A stretch of DNA of 64,000 nt from Eledone cirrhosa. Its lineage: Eukaryota. A program made the position numbers and the translations under genes. Below the pieces are notes generated by a model, which saw nothing but the letters and a program-made list of their open reading frames with translations, was not told the origin of the DNA and made no database searches. Within the stretch, counting starts at the first letter, position 1. Each line of letters begins with the position of its first letter. The DNA is taken from contig OZ024747.1 in the NCBI GenBank assembly GCA_964016885.1, positions 49,538,001-49,602,000 on the forward strand. The letters are read 5' to 3'. Positions 1-9,906 of this stretch are shown here, one piece after another.

Positions 1-1870
1 TGGCAGCAGAACGGGAGAATTCCCAGTTTTGTGAGCCGAGGAGCGGTGGCGCTGCTGAGAAATGATCCGAACAAGGGGAATAACATAAATAATTTCAGGC
101 CCATAACTCTGCTAAACACAGAATTCAAGATTTTGGCCAAGGTGCTAGCAAAGAGGTTGGCGCTTGTCATCGGTGGTCTGGTGGGAGAGGCGCAGACATG
201 CGCCATTCCAGACAGATCCATCCAAGACAACCTCCACCTCATGCGATACATTGTGAAGAGGGTAGCTAGGGAACCTGGCACTGGTGGGTCCTTGATCAAT
301 TTAGATAAGTCGAAAGCTTTCGATAGGGTCAACCATCGTTATCTGGAGGCAGTCTTGAAGGCAGCTGGCTTTGGGCCTGTTTCAGAGGCTGGATTGCTGC
401 CATTGCACAGCGACATCTGCTCTGTGGTGAGAGTGAATGGTCACTTTTCGGAACCATCAACATCATGTGCTTGGTCCGCCAAGGATGTCCCCTCTCGTCC
501 CTGTTGTACGTATTGACTCTTGAGCCATTACTGCACAAACTGAAGACGTTGAGGGGAGTCCCTCACGAATTGGGATGTGGGAGAACCGTGTCAGCATATG
601 CAGACGACATCACCATAGTGGTGTCAAACGCCAAACACATTGAAGCGATTGGCACCACACTAAGAGAATACGAGGCGGTGACAGGAGCAATGATCAACCA
701 GGAAAAGTCGGTGGGCTTGCAGCTCGGCACCTGGAGAGGCAGGTCCATGCCGTCCAACAGCATTGTCGGACGCTGGACGGATGGACCGGTTAAATTGCTA
801 GGTTCGGTCTGGACGTCCAGATGGACAAAACTTGGGACAAAATGACGAGCAGGGTGGCCTCTCTCACCCAGAAATGGGCTGAGAGGAAGCTATCCCTGAA
901 AGGTCGAGCCTTGTCCTAATCCTCGCCCAACTGCATTGGAGCGTGTGCTCTTTCGCTTTTTGTGGAAGGGACGTGCTTCGATGGTCAGGTGGTCCAGCTG
1001 CTGTCAACACCCGCTACGCGGAAGGTTGAGCATGCCGTGGCAGATAATGTGCCGACATGTGCTCAGGCTATGGCATCTCCACCTCTTCCTCAACGGTGAT
1101 CAGGTGTGGTCGCCGTTTGCTAGACGCTTGTTTCCCCAGCTCGTCTCTTTGACGGAACTGCAGTCCTGGGCCAAGCGAAGACTGAGAGGGAGCGCTTGGA
1201 GACTGGAATGTCTTCAGGCGCTTACAACCCTCGACCAGTCTGGCAATACGATTGGTGGAAACTCCACATTGGCGTTCTATAAAGGGTTAGTGGAGGGAAA
1301 GAGCAACGACATCCTTGGGGAGACTGGGTGTTGATGAAAATGAACTAGCCAATCTCTTCGGGAGAACTTTCGGGCTGGGGCTCATTGACAACTTCCAGAA
1401 ATCCCTGGCCTGGCAGTGCTACCGAGGAACCTTGCCAGTTCGGGATAAACTTTACAGTCATGGAAGTGCTGTCAGCCAGGCCTGTCCGAGATGCGCACGG
1501 GGTGACTAAACCGTCCTGCACACACTCATCCAGTGTCTGAGCATTGCTGACTTGTGGGTTTATGTCGAACACCTGCTGTCGCATGTAGGATGGATCTGGC
1601 TATCAGCTGAGTCCATTGTGAGGATTGCCCCACCGCCTTCCTTTATCCGGGAAGGGCAGGCAGTTTTTATCTGCCTGGTGGCCATGGTAAAAGAGATTGT
1701 ATGGCGGACACGTCAAAGTGTTGAAGACGAGTACTATCCTCTTCGGTGACGCCTTCACCTGAAAAATATATCAGGGTGGAGCGCTGCCTTCCAACCAGTT
1801 TGTTGAAAGATGGGTGAGAGAGGCAAGAATGGCCCGTGTGAATGGGCCTGCTCTGAGTGTGTGCCTGTAG
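1..1870 (+). pseudogene. Disrupted ORF2 (reverse transcriptase plus CCHC zinc finger) of the Tx1-like element
   Basis: ORF pieces 31-516, 465-845, 936-1334, 1315-1509 and 1552-1749 are collinear parts of one L1/Tx1-type ORF2, broken by frameshifts and stops. Confidence 0.85.
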
Positions 1871-2142
1871 CATCGTAGGAGGAAAACTGGAAGAGGGCAC
1901 TTCCCTTAGTGGTCAGGGTAACCATGGCTTTTTTGTGGGCTTTTTCCACGAGTGATCCTTGGAAGTCTCCTCCTATTGGGGAATTTTTCATTGCTTCTTT
2001 TTTTGTTACATCCTCTGTTTTTGTTTTTTATACACGCAGAAATGCCCATTTGCACCGCCCTGTATTGTCCTTAATGTTATACTTTGTATCAACCCTTGTG
2101 GTTAATAAAGGAAGCATATTAAAAGACATTATTATTATTATT
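1..2142 (+). mobile_element. Degenerate Tx1/L1-clade non-LTR retrotransposon, 3' part (ORF2 RT to 3' end); 5' end lies outside the window
   Basis: Fragments in different frames give NFRPITLLNTEFKILAKVLAKRL, NLDKSKAFDRVNH, VRQGCPLSSLLYVL, SAYADDIT, LFRFLWKG and a C-terminal CCHC finger (CPRCARGD*TVLHTLIQC). A T-rich 3' UTR follows, with AATAAA at 2104-2109 and (ATT)5 at 2128-2142. Confidence 0.88.
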
Positions 2143-2311
2143 GTAAACTATTTTCAAATATCATTTCTATTCTAGAATTTCTTTTGTCTGTACAATTTGG
2201 TGCAGTAATTAAAATGATAATTAACATGCAAATAAAATTGACACAATAGCTACTGATGGATGATGCATTAATTATTACAAGAGTGTGTGTGTGTGCACAA
2301 AAAGGTCTATT

Positions 2312-2434
2312 AAATCGACCCCCTCTAGACCTGGAAGGATAAAAAGCAATGTTGACCTCAGGAAGATTTGTACACAACATAAAAAGACCAGAAGAAATAC
2401 TGTGAAGTGCTAATGATTCTGCCAATCTACTGCC
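2312..2434 (-). mobile_element. Degenerate SINE fragment, same family as 2497-2709
   Basis: ATCGACCC...GAAGGATAAAAAGCAATGTTGACCTCAGGAAGATTTG...CTGCCAATCTACTGCC aligns to the minus-strand copies at 2868-3048 and 6397-6580. Confidence 0.6.
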
Positions 2435-2496
2435 ATTAGTAGTAACAATGATAATGGTTTCTAATTTAGTCAGTTTGGGACAGATTGCTATTATTA

Positions 2497-2709
2497 GGGT
2501 GGTAGATTGGCAGTATCGGTAGAGGGTCGGACGCCATGCTTTGCAGTATAGAGTTATGCCACTTTACGTTCTGAGTTCAAATCCTGCCGAGGTTAGCTGC
2601 CTTTTGTCCTTATGGGGTCGATAAAATAAAGCACCAGTAATGCATTGGGGTCAATTTAATCGACTTACCCCAAAATTGCTGGCCTTGTGCCTATAGTAGA
2701 AATCATTAT
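2497..2709 (+). mobile_element. tRNA-derived SINE (octopus OK-like family by recollection), near full length
   Basis: A-box-like TGGCAGTATCGG near 2508, B-box GTTCAAATCC at 2575-2584, body GGGGTCGATAAAATAAAG and 3' end GGCCTTGTGCCTATAGTAGAAA. Two close reverse-complement copies lie in this window. Confidence 0.85.
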
Positions 2710-2770
2710 GCTGCTTCTATATCTTGTATTTTTACAATTATTACAATCCATATTTCCATATTTTCTCCAC

Positions 2771-2868
2771 ATAACATTAGATACAACCTTTCCTTCACTT
2801 TGTCTCTCACTCGAGATTTACAATGTCTTGATGTGAAAAAGAGACAACGGAAGGCTGAGAAATGTTAT
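2771..2868. other. Imperfect hairpin between the two inverted SINEs
   Basis: Nested complementary pairs ATAACATT/AATGTTAT, CCTTC/GAAGG, TTGTCTC/GAGACAA, TCAC/GTGA and TCGAGA/TCTTGA around a 9-nt loop. Confidence 0.6.
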
Positions 2869-3048
2869 AATTGTTTCTACTTTAGGCACAAGGCCAACAA
2901 TTACCCAGTGCATTACTGGTACTTTATTTTATCGACCCCGTAAGGATGAAAGGCAAAGTCAACCTCGGCGGGATTTGAACTGAGATCGTAAAGGGACGTA
3001 ACTATGCTGGAAAGCATGGCGTCCGACCCTCTACCGATACTGCCAATC
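2868..3048 (-). mobile_element. tRNA-derived SINE, inverted relative to 2497-2709
   Basis: Reverse complement matches 2497-2709, e.g. AAAGCATGGCGTCCGACCCTCTACCGATACTGCCAATC and GGATTTGAAC. Confidence 0.85.
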
Positions 3049-3744
3049 AATGATGAAGCAGTGTATATTAACATTGGGAAAATGACATTCACATATAATA
3101 ATTTGCAGTGTGTTTTTATTTTGTTGTCAAGAAACTGTGGATGCAGGAGGTGGTCAAACAACAGAAAATGATGCCATTTGTAATAATGTAACAAACCAAA
3201 CATGGAATTTACAAATGGAAGTTAACACATTTAATACCAAACCTGTCCAAAAGCTTCAGATATTAAAATGTTTGTGTTTAGATTAAAATCATGATCAAAA
3301 TTTAATTAAAACATGAATGATAGGTAGTTAACACCAGCAGAAATACATCAGAATATAAAGTTGCAAGACTTTACACAAATGTAATCTATAATAACTAGAA
3401 AGCCTCATGTTCTCAGTTCAAATCCCAATGTGGCTCTCTTAGGTTGTAACATAATTCATTGCCTGGCTTAACACCAGCCTCAGGCCTTTGGATGCCTTCA
3501 GCAAGATCCACTGTTGCAAATACTCAGGCCTGGTTTGAGAATATCTTTCACCCCCTCTTTCAGTCACCAGTCTCAGAGGCTCTAAAAAACAGCTATAAGC
3601 ATTACTCTCTGATCAAACAGTAAAAAAATAAGGCTAATTAATTATATCTTATTGTAGTTGAGAAATTGGACAATGAGATTTTGTTGTTATCAATAATGAG
3701 GGAAATAAAACTTTGAGAATACAAAGCAATGTGTATGAGGAAAT

Positions 3745-3935
3745 AATAATGGCTTCTGATTTAAGTACAAGGCCAGAAATTCAGGGAGAGGGTAGTAAAA
3801 AGTTGATAAAATTGACCCTAATAACTAACTGGTACTTTATTCTGTTGACTCAGGAAAGATGAAAGGCAAAGTTGACCCCAAGGTTTGAGCTCAAAACAAA
3901 GAGCTGAAACTAATATCACAAAGTATGTTTTCCAA
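3745..3935 (-). mobile_element. Degenerate SINE, same superfamily
   Basis: ACAAGGCCAG...ACTGGTACTTTATT...AAAGATGAAAGGCAAAGTTGACC...TTTGAGCTCA is shared with the 2868 and 6397 copies. Confidence 0.65.
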
Positions 3936-3968
3936 CAACAATAATAATGATGATGATGAGGATGATGG

Positions 3969-4178
3969 CAATGGTTTCAAATTAAGGCAACAAATCCATC
4001 AGTTTTTGAGGAAGGGCAGCAGTTAATTTTATCGACACCTGTGCTGGACTGGTGGTTTATTTTATCGAGCCAGAAAAGATGAAAAGCAAAGATGGGCTTT
4101 GGTGGGGCCTAGGCTCAAAACAAAGATTGCAAAACATTTATCTGATGCTTTAACAATTCCACCAAACAGAAGCTACTT
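3969..4178 (-). mobile_element. Degenerate SINE, same superfamily
   Basis: ACTGGTGGTTTATTTTATCGAGCCAGAAAAGATGAAAAGCAAAG resembles the family body; highly diverged. Confidence 0.55.
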
Positions 4179-4551
4179 AACAATATATCTCCACCCTCAA
4201 CACATTTGTATTGTGGCTGAAGAAACCAGTAAATATACCAAACTAAATATATTGAATGAAATCTGACTCCAAAATGGTTTTGATGTGACCAAACAGAAAA
4301 ATGGAAGCATTCATTCATGCATTAGATTATAGTGATGGAAATAATCATAATACTATCTATTGATTTATTATAATAGATTACAATTGTATTATTTCATGTC
4401 TCATATTTGGAAATTTAATTTCCTAATAGGTTTCAGAAGAAATTTTCTTGATAATCACATATCTGAAAATAACCTTGATAAACTATTAGTTATCACCGTG
4501 TCATGGAGATGTAAAATCATTTTATGGCCATATTCTTCCATACTGGCACGG

Positions 4552-4969
4552 TAATCACTGAAAGAATATGATCGCAAATACAAGCAACTAATAAGGGGTT
4601 CTTCTGAAGGGTCTTCGGCATAACATCCCTCAACAGGGTGTGCAGCTCAGAGATCAGAGAATCTCTCCAAGTAGAGCCACCTCTTCTCCAAATAGAGAGA
4701 CCACAGTTTCAGTACTACGGACATGAGATAAGAATGTCTAAGGAAAGAATTGATGGGCAGATTTTACGAGCAGCCGGCAGGTGACTCGGTGGTAGACCAC
4801 AAGCAAAATGGTTGGATAGTGTCCATAAGGTTGGCTGGTCTCACTTGGAGATCCATTCGGATTGTTTGGAGATGGCTGTTTCTGATAGAACCCTCTAGGA
4901 GGTATGTTTGAGGACTCCGCCTCCATGACCTAGAAGAGGAGGAGGAAGAGAAGAAAAAAAAACAAGAAA
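4552..4969 (+). mobile_element. 5'-truncated, decayed RTE-clade LINE fragment with a degenerate ~19-bp TSD
   Basis: Translates to EIRESLQVEPPLLQIERPQFQYYGHEIRMSKER...GRPQAKWLD, matching the RTE C-terminal R-x-x-L-R-W-x-G-H and GRP-x-x-x-W motifs. It ends in a GA/A-rich tail. Flanks are TTCTTCCATACTGGCACGG (4533-4551) and TCCTTCCTTACTGGCATGG (4970-4988). Confidence 0.8.
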
Positions 4970-5364
4970 TCCTTCCTTACTGGCATGGGTTTGATCAGAG
5001 TCAGCAACAGATTATTAAGCACCTCTGCGTGGTATTAAGCACCTCTAGCTCTACGTGTGCCCCATTCTCCCAAACAAAGTCCTTTTGAAACAAACTCAGC
5101 TTTTGCCCAGATCATACTAAATTACTAAGCCTGAATTTCATACTATACAGTTCACACCCATGCCAAACTATGTGATAGGTTATGACACTATATACAACCT
5201 TCTCCACTGCTTTGGATATTTCCACAAAGCTGCCACACAACAAAAATGTTTAGAGATTTATACCATTGTCCAAACATCACTACCTGGCTCTTGGGTCCCT
5301 TCAGCAGAGCCCAGTCTGTTGCAATCATTTGATGACCCTGTTTCGCTCACACTGAACTGATTTT

Positions 5365-5525
5365 GGCTTGGTTTCTATGGATGGATGCCCTTCCTAATGC
5401 CAACCACACTTATAGTGTGGACTAGGCGCTTTTTATCATGACACCTACATGACCACTTTACAGTGCAGACTGGGCACTTTTTGTTGTGGTACCAAGATAA
5501 CCACTTTATAGTGTAGATTGGGGAC
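5365..5525 (-). mobile_element. Diverged fragment homologous to the RTE LINE 3' UTR (LINE relic or RTE-tailed SINE)
   Basis: GGTTTCTATGGATGGATGCCCTTCCTAATGCCAACCACACTTATAGTGTGGACT matches the reverse complement of ~13140-13198, followed by two more CCACTTTA(C/T)AGTG modules. Confidence 0.7.
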
Positions 5526-6158
5526 TTAAGTGCGGGAGGTGCATAGGAATTGAGGAGGTAAATCTAGGGGTTGGTATTATGATGTGGATGAGGTGTTAGG
5601 ACATGGGAGGTGTATGGGAAGGGTGATGGAAGGGAAGGCAGTGCATACTTGATGTATGCCTGAGCCCCTGCATATGAGAAGGCAGGTCTTCTGTATGACT
5701 GTATAATGCCAGAGATCACTGTCCTGTGTCATCGTCTCTGATACCACTTATGACCAATTTCTCTCTCATACACTTATGCTTTGCTGTTCATATATATATT
5801 ACTATTACACATTCACTGAAGCATAGTGAATAGTTTATTAAACTCATGATTATATAGTTGGGGCAGCATGTTATGTTCTTAACTGTAAATGACACTTCAT
5901 TTAATGCTGCTTTTTGACTGGGGCCCCTATCATTAAAACACCTCCAAAACCTCCTATGAGATGCAACCTGGTATGAGGCCAGCTAAGCTTACAGCAGTGT
6001 GAACTGTAAGCCCCCGCTATTTTGAAAGTTTCATGCTGTACAGGATGTTAAGAGTTAATTGTCAGCTATTTTATACAAATTTGTGTCCATCAATAATTCC
6101 TTAATTCTCTAACGAGAACCACACCCTTTTTTTATTTGATATATTTGAAAAGTTATTC

Positions 6159-6208
6159 AAGTTTTACATTTTTAAACTTGTAAAAACAAGTTTAAAAATG
6201 TAAAACTT
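6159..6208. other. Perfect 23-bp inverted repeat with a 4-nt loop
   Basis: AAGTTTTACATTTTTAAACTTGT-AAAA-ACAAGTTTAAAAATGTAAAACTT. Confidence 0.9.
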
Positions 6209-6289
6209 CATCCACAAGTATATAGCGTTTTTAATTCAGGATTTTTTAAATTTTGTAATTATAAAACCAATTTATGGTAATCATTTTAA

Positions 6290-6684
6290 CCCTTTAGCAT
6301 TCAAACCAGCCATATCTGGCCAGAATTCTCTCACATCTTTCTGTTCAAACTGGCAGCTCATACTTATATTAATGTATTGTTCTCAAAATAAATAATTGTT
6401 TCTACTTTTGGCACAAGGCCAGCAATTATCCCAGTGTATTACTGGTACTTTATTTTATGACCCCGAAAGGATGAAAGGCAAAGTTAACCTCGGCGGGATT
6501 TGAACTCAGAATGGCAAGGACCGTAACTCTATGCGTCAAAGCATGGCGTCCGACCCTCTACTGATACTGCCAATCCTCCGCAAAATAAATAATACCTAAA
6601 TTTCATAGATACGATATTATGTAAGATAAAGCCTTTACCGTGAAAATACACTAGTAACTATAAAGTAATGTAAATGCTAAAGGG
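6290..6684. mobile_element. piggyBac-like MITE (~200 bp without the nested SINE)
   Basis: TTAA (6286-6289) + CCCTTTAGCATT ... AATGCTAAAGGG + TTAA (6685-6688): 12-bp perfect terminal inverted repeats starting CCC, with a TTAA TSD. Confidence 0.85.
6397..6580 (-). mobile_element. tRNA-derived SINE inserted in the MITE, with a 13-bp TSD
   Basis: Very similar to 2868-3048; flanked by CAAAATAAATAAT at 6384-6396 and 6581-6593. Confidence 0.9.
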
Positions 6685-6811
6685 TTAAACATATATCCTG
6701 TAGCTGTTGTTGAAAATATAGGAAGCTGAAAAAAATTAAATACATTTTCTTTTGAGGGGGTGTCTCACCCGAGTTGGTTATGTATAATAACTCCTACTCT
6801 ACGAAGTGGGC

Positions 6812-7100
6812 CACAGCATGGTTGAAAGGTAAGGAAGTTATCTTCACAATTATGCAGTTCTAGATTTGCTCCTACTACCTGGCATCTTGGAGAAATATTT
6901 TACCAGTCTTGGGCTTGACTAAATATGTGGGGTGAAACTGGAAAGATGTAAACTGTTTGAAAACCTATTGGATAGACTATACCTGTAATTCAGAGAGTAA
7001 GCCTTTTCATACACTATATCTCACTGAATCTCTGAGAATTACATTGTACACATGACTGTGGAATACTCAGCCACTTACACTATAATGATAGGCTGTATTT
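6812..7100 (+). mobile_element. Highly degenerate SINE-like repeat, second family
   Basis: The first ~160 bp align loosely with 7110-7250 (GGTAAGGAAGTT...CTTGGGCTTGACTAA...AAACTGTTTGAAAACC). The family assignment comes from recalled octopus SINE consensus only. Confidence 0.4.
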
Positions 7101-7109
7101 GTAATTGAA

Positions 7110-7330
7110 AGGTTGTGTGGTTAAGGAGTTTATTTTGCAACCACAAGAGCTTCATTCACACTCTGGACAACTACCTTCTACTATAGCCTTGGATTGACCA
7201 ATGACATCAGTGAAATCTGGTGGAAAAAAACTGTAGAAGCCCATCATGCATATATATGTATGTGTTTATGTCTACATGTTTACATTTGGTTATATCCATT
7301 TATATATGTTCATACCTAAGTTTACGGTTA
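7110..7330 (+). mobile_element. Degenerate SINE head running into a (TA/TG) microsatellite that grades into the satellite
   Basis: GTGTGGTTAAGGAGTT...CAACCACA...CTTCTACTATAGCCTTGGATTGACCAA...AAACTGTAGAAGCCCATC followed by ATATATATGTATGTGT. This resembles recalled octopus SINEs that carry an internal microsatellite at this position. Confidence 0.55.
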
Positions 7331-8337
7331 TGTGTCTGTGTGTTTACAGTTTATGTGTGTCTGTATCTGTTTACAGTTTGTGTCTGTGTCTGTTTACAGT
7401 TTATATATGTCTGTATCTGTTTACAGTTTATATATGTCTGTATCTGTTTACAGTTTATCTGTGCCTGTATCTGTTTACAGTTTATGTCTGTGTCTGTGTC
7501 TTTTTACAGTTTGTGTTTGTGTCTGTTTACAGTTTATGTGTGTCTGTATCTGTTTACAGTTTATGTATGTCTGTATCTGTTTACAGTTTATCTATGTCTG
7601 TATCTGTTTACAGTTTATGTATGTCTGTATCTGTTTACAGTTTATGTATGTCTGTATCTGTTTACAGTTTATGTGTCTGTATCTGTTTACAGTTTATGTA
7701 TGTCTGTATCAGTTTACAGTTTATGTGTGTCTGTATCTGTTTACAGTTTATGTATGTCTGTATCTGTTTACAGTTTATGTATGTCTGTATCTGTTTACAG
7801 TTTATGTATGTCTGTATCTGTTTACAGTTTATGTATGTCTATCAGTTTACAGTTTATGTGTGTCTGTATCTGTTTACAGTTTATGTATGTCTGTATCTGT
7901 TTACAGTTTATGTATGTCTGTATCTGTTTACAGTTTATGTATGTCTGTATCTGTTTACAGTCTATGTATGTCTATATCTGTTTACAGTTTATGTGTCTGT
8001 ATCTGTTTACAGTTTATGTATGTCTGTATCTGTTTACAGTTTATGTATGTCTGTATCTGTTTACAGTCTATGTATGTCTGTATCTGTTTACAGTCTATGT
8101 ATGTCTGTATCTGTCTACAGTTTATGTGTCTGTATCTGTTTACAGTTTATGTATGTCTGTATCTGTTTACAGTTTATGTATGTCTGTATCTGTTTACAGT
8201 CTATGTATGTCTGTATCTGTTTACAGTCTATGTATGTCTGTATCTGTCTACAGTTTATGTATGTCTGTATCTGTTTACAGTCTATGTATGTCTGTATCTG
8301 TTTACAGTTTATGTATGTCTGTATCAGTTTACAGTTT
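7330..8337 (+). repeat. Satellite type A, proximal block (27-bp TTTACAGTTTATGTATGTCTGTATCTG)
   Basis: Direct tandem repeats, ~38 units, most diverged at the left edge. Confidence 0.97.
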
Positions 8338-9591
8338 TATTTTCCCTATCACCGCATTTTCTCTATCGTATTTTCTTAAACAAAACAAATCTTGTATTTT
8401 CGTTTATTGTTAAATTATGCCCAATTTTTTCTCGATTCTTCTCTCCATTCGAACCCATTCATTCAATCACTTCTATGTCCTAATTTCACACTATATCATA
8501 TTTTCACCATTCTATATCATATCTTTTCTCTAAAAATCATATTTTCCCTATCACCGCATTTTCTCTATCGTATTTTCTTAAACAAAACAAATCTTGTATT
8601 TTCGTTTATTGTTGAATTATGCCCAAAATACGGCGATCTTATCTTAAACCTTACATTCTGTCATATTTTCATATTCTGTCGTATTTTCATATCAAAACAA
8701 ATCACTATTATATATTCCTTTAAATATAATTTGTTAAACTTGCTAAGTTTTACGCAAAACTTCGAGTACCTATTTAAACTTTTAACCTCTGCTCCATCCC
8801 ATATTCTACCCCCTACCCATTCATCATGCTGGTTCCTGCCCCCCCCCCCTCCCTCTCTATACATATAAGATAAAACCCTACCAAAATTAATCAAAATCGC
8901 CGACTCGCTATTTCTGGGATGGCTGTTCCCTTCGGTATAAAGTAACGTTCAAATTTTTCTCGATTCTTCTCTCCATTCGAACCCATTCATTCAATCACTT
9001 CTATGTCCTAATTTCACACTATATCATATTTTCACCATTCTATATCATATCTTTTCTCTAAAAATCATATTTTCCCTATCACCGCATTTTCTCTATCGTA
9101 TTTTCTTAAACAAAACAAATCTTGTATTTTCGTTTATTGTTAAATTATGCCCAATTTTTTCTCGATTCTTCTCTCCATTCGAACCCATTCATTCAATCAC
9201 TTCTATGTCCTAATTTCACACTATATCATATTTTCACCATTCTATATCATATCTTTTCTCTAAAAATCATATTTTCCCTATCACCGCATTTTCTCTATCG
9301 TATTTTCTTAAACAAAACAAATCTTGTATTTTCGTTTATTGTTAAATTATGCCCAATTTTTTCTCGATTCTTCTCTCCATTCGAACCCATTCATTCAATC
9401 ACTTCTATGTCCTAATTTCACACTATATCATATTTTCACCATTCTATATCATATCTTTTCTCTAAAAATCATATTTTCCCTATCACCGCATTTTCTCTAT
9501 CGTATTTTCTTAAACAAAACAAATCTTGTATTTTCGTTTATTGTTAAATTATGCCCAAAATACGGCGATCTTATCTTAAACCTTACATTCT
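8338..9591 (+). repeat. 202-bp monomer arrays in the LINE 5' region
   Basis: Unit starts (TATTTTCCCTATCACCGC) at 8338, 8540, 9068, 9270 and 9472, plus a partial unit from ~8952. 8338-8659 equals 9270-9591 (322 bp, one mismatch seen). Confidence 0.95.
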
Positions 9592-9699
9592 CGCTAACAA
9601 CCCATCATCCCTCCCTCCCGCCCCCACGCACCACCATTATTACGTGGACCAATCATAAGTCAGAGGCCCATACTATCGCTTAACTGGTTGCTTTTCGAT

Positions 9700-9906
9700 A
9701 TGATGGATGGACTACGGAATTCTGGAGAGTTGAAGAGAGAAAAATGTGGACGCTCAGCGACAATGCCAAAGATAAAGCCAAATTCACCTCGTGGACGAGA
9801 ATGCAAGCACTCCTCCTTGTTTCGGCCCAGGATGGCTAACATAACCCCATCCCCCCCCGCGCCCACCCTCCAAACGCAATCCAAAACTTCAGAGTTGGTA
9901 CCATGA
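9700..9906 (+). CDS. Short basic/Pro-rich upstream ORF (68 aa from ATG 9700) overlapping the main ORF by ATGA
   Basis: Open from ATG 9700; its TGA overlaps ATG 9903. Short overlapping first ORFs are known in RTE elements such as C. elegans RTE-1. Translation is unproven. Confidence 0.45.
   Translation: MMDGLRNSGELKREKCGRSATMPKIKPNSPRGRECKHSSLFRPRMANITPSPPAPTLQTQSKTSELVP

Noticed and set aside
2497-2600. Possible tRNA gene (A and B boxes)
   Set aside because: No complete cloverleaf, and it continues into a body shared with other dispersed copies, so it is a SINE head.
5013-5046. Short direct repeat TATTAAGCACCTCT x2
   Set aside because: A local ~20-bp-period slippage duplication with nothing inserted between the copies; not informative.
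8392-9683. Hydrophobic ORFs (MYFRLLLNYAQFF...)
   Set aside because: They are translations of the T-rich 202-bp monomers, start at non-ATG codons, and the unit length is not a multiple of 3.
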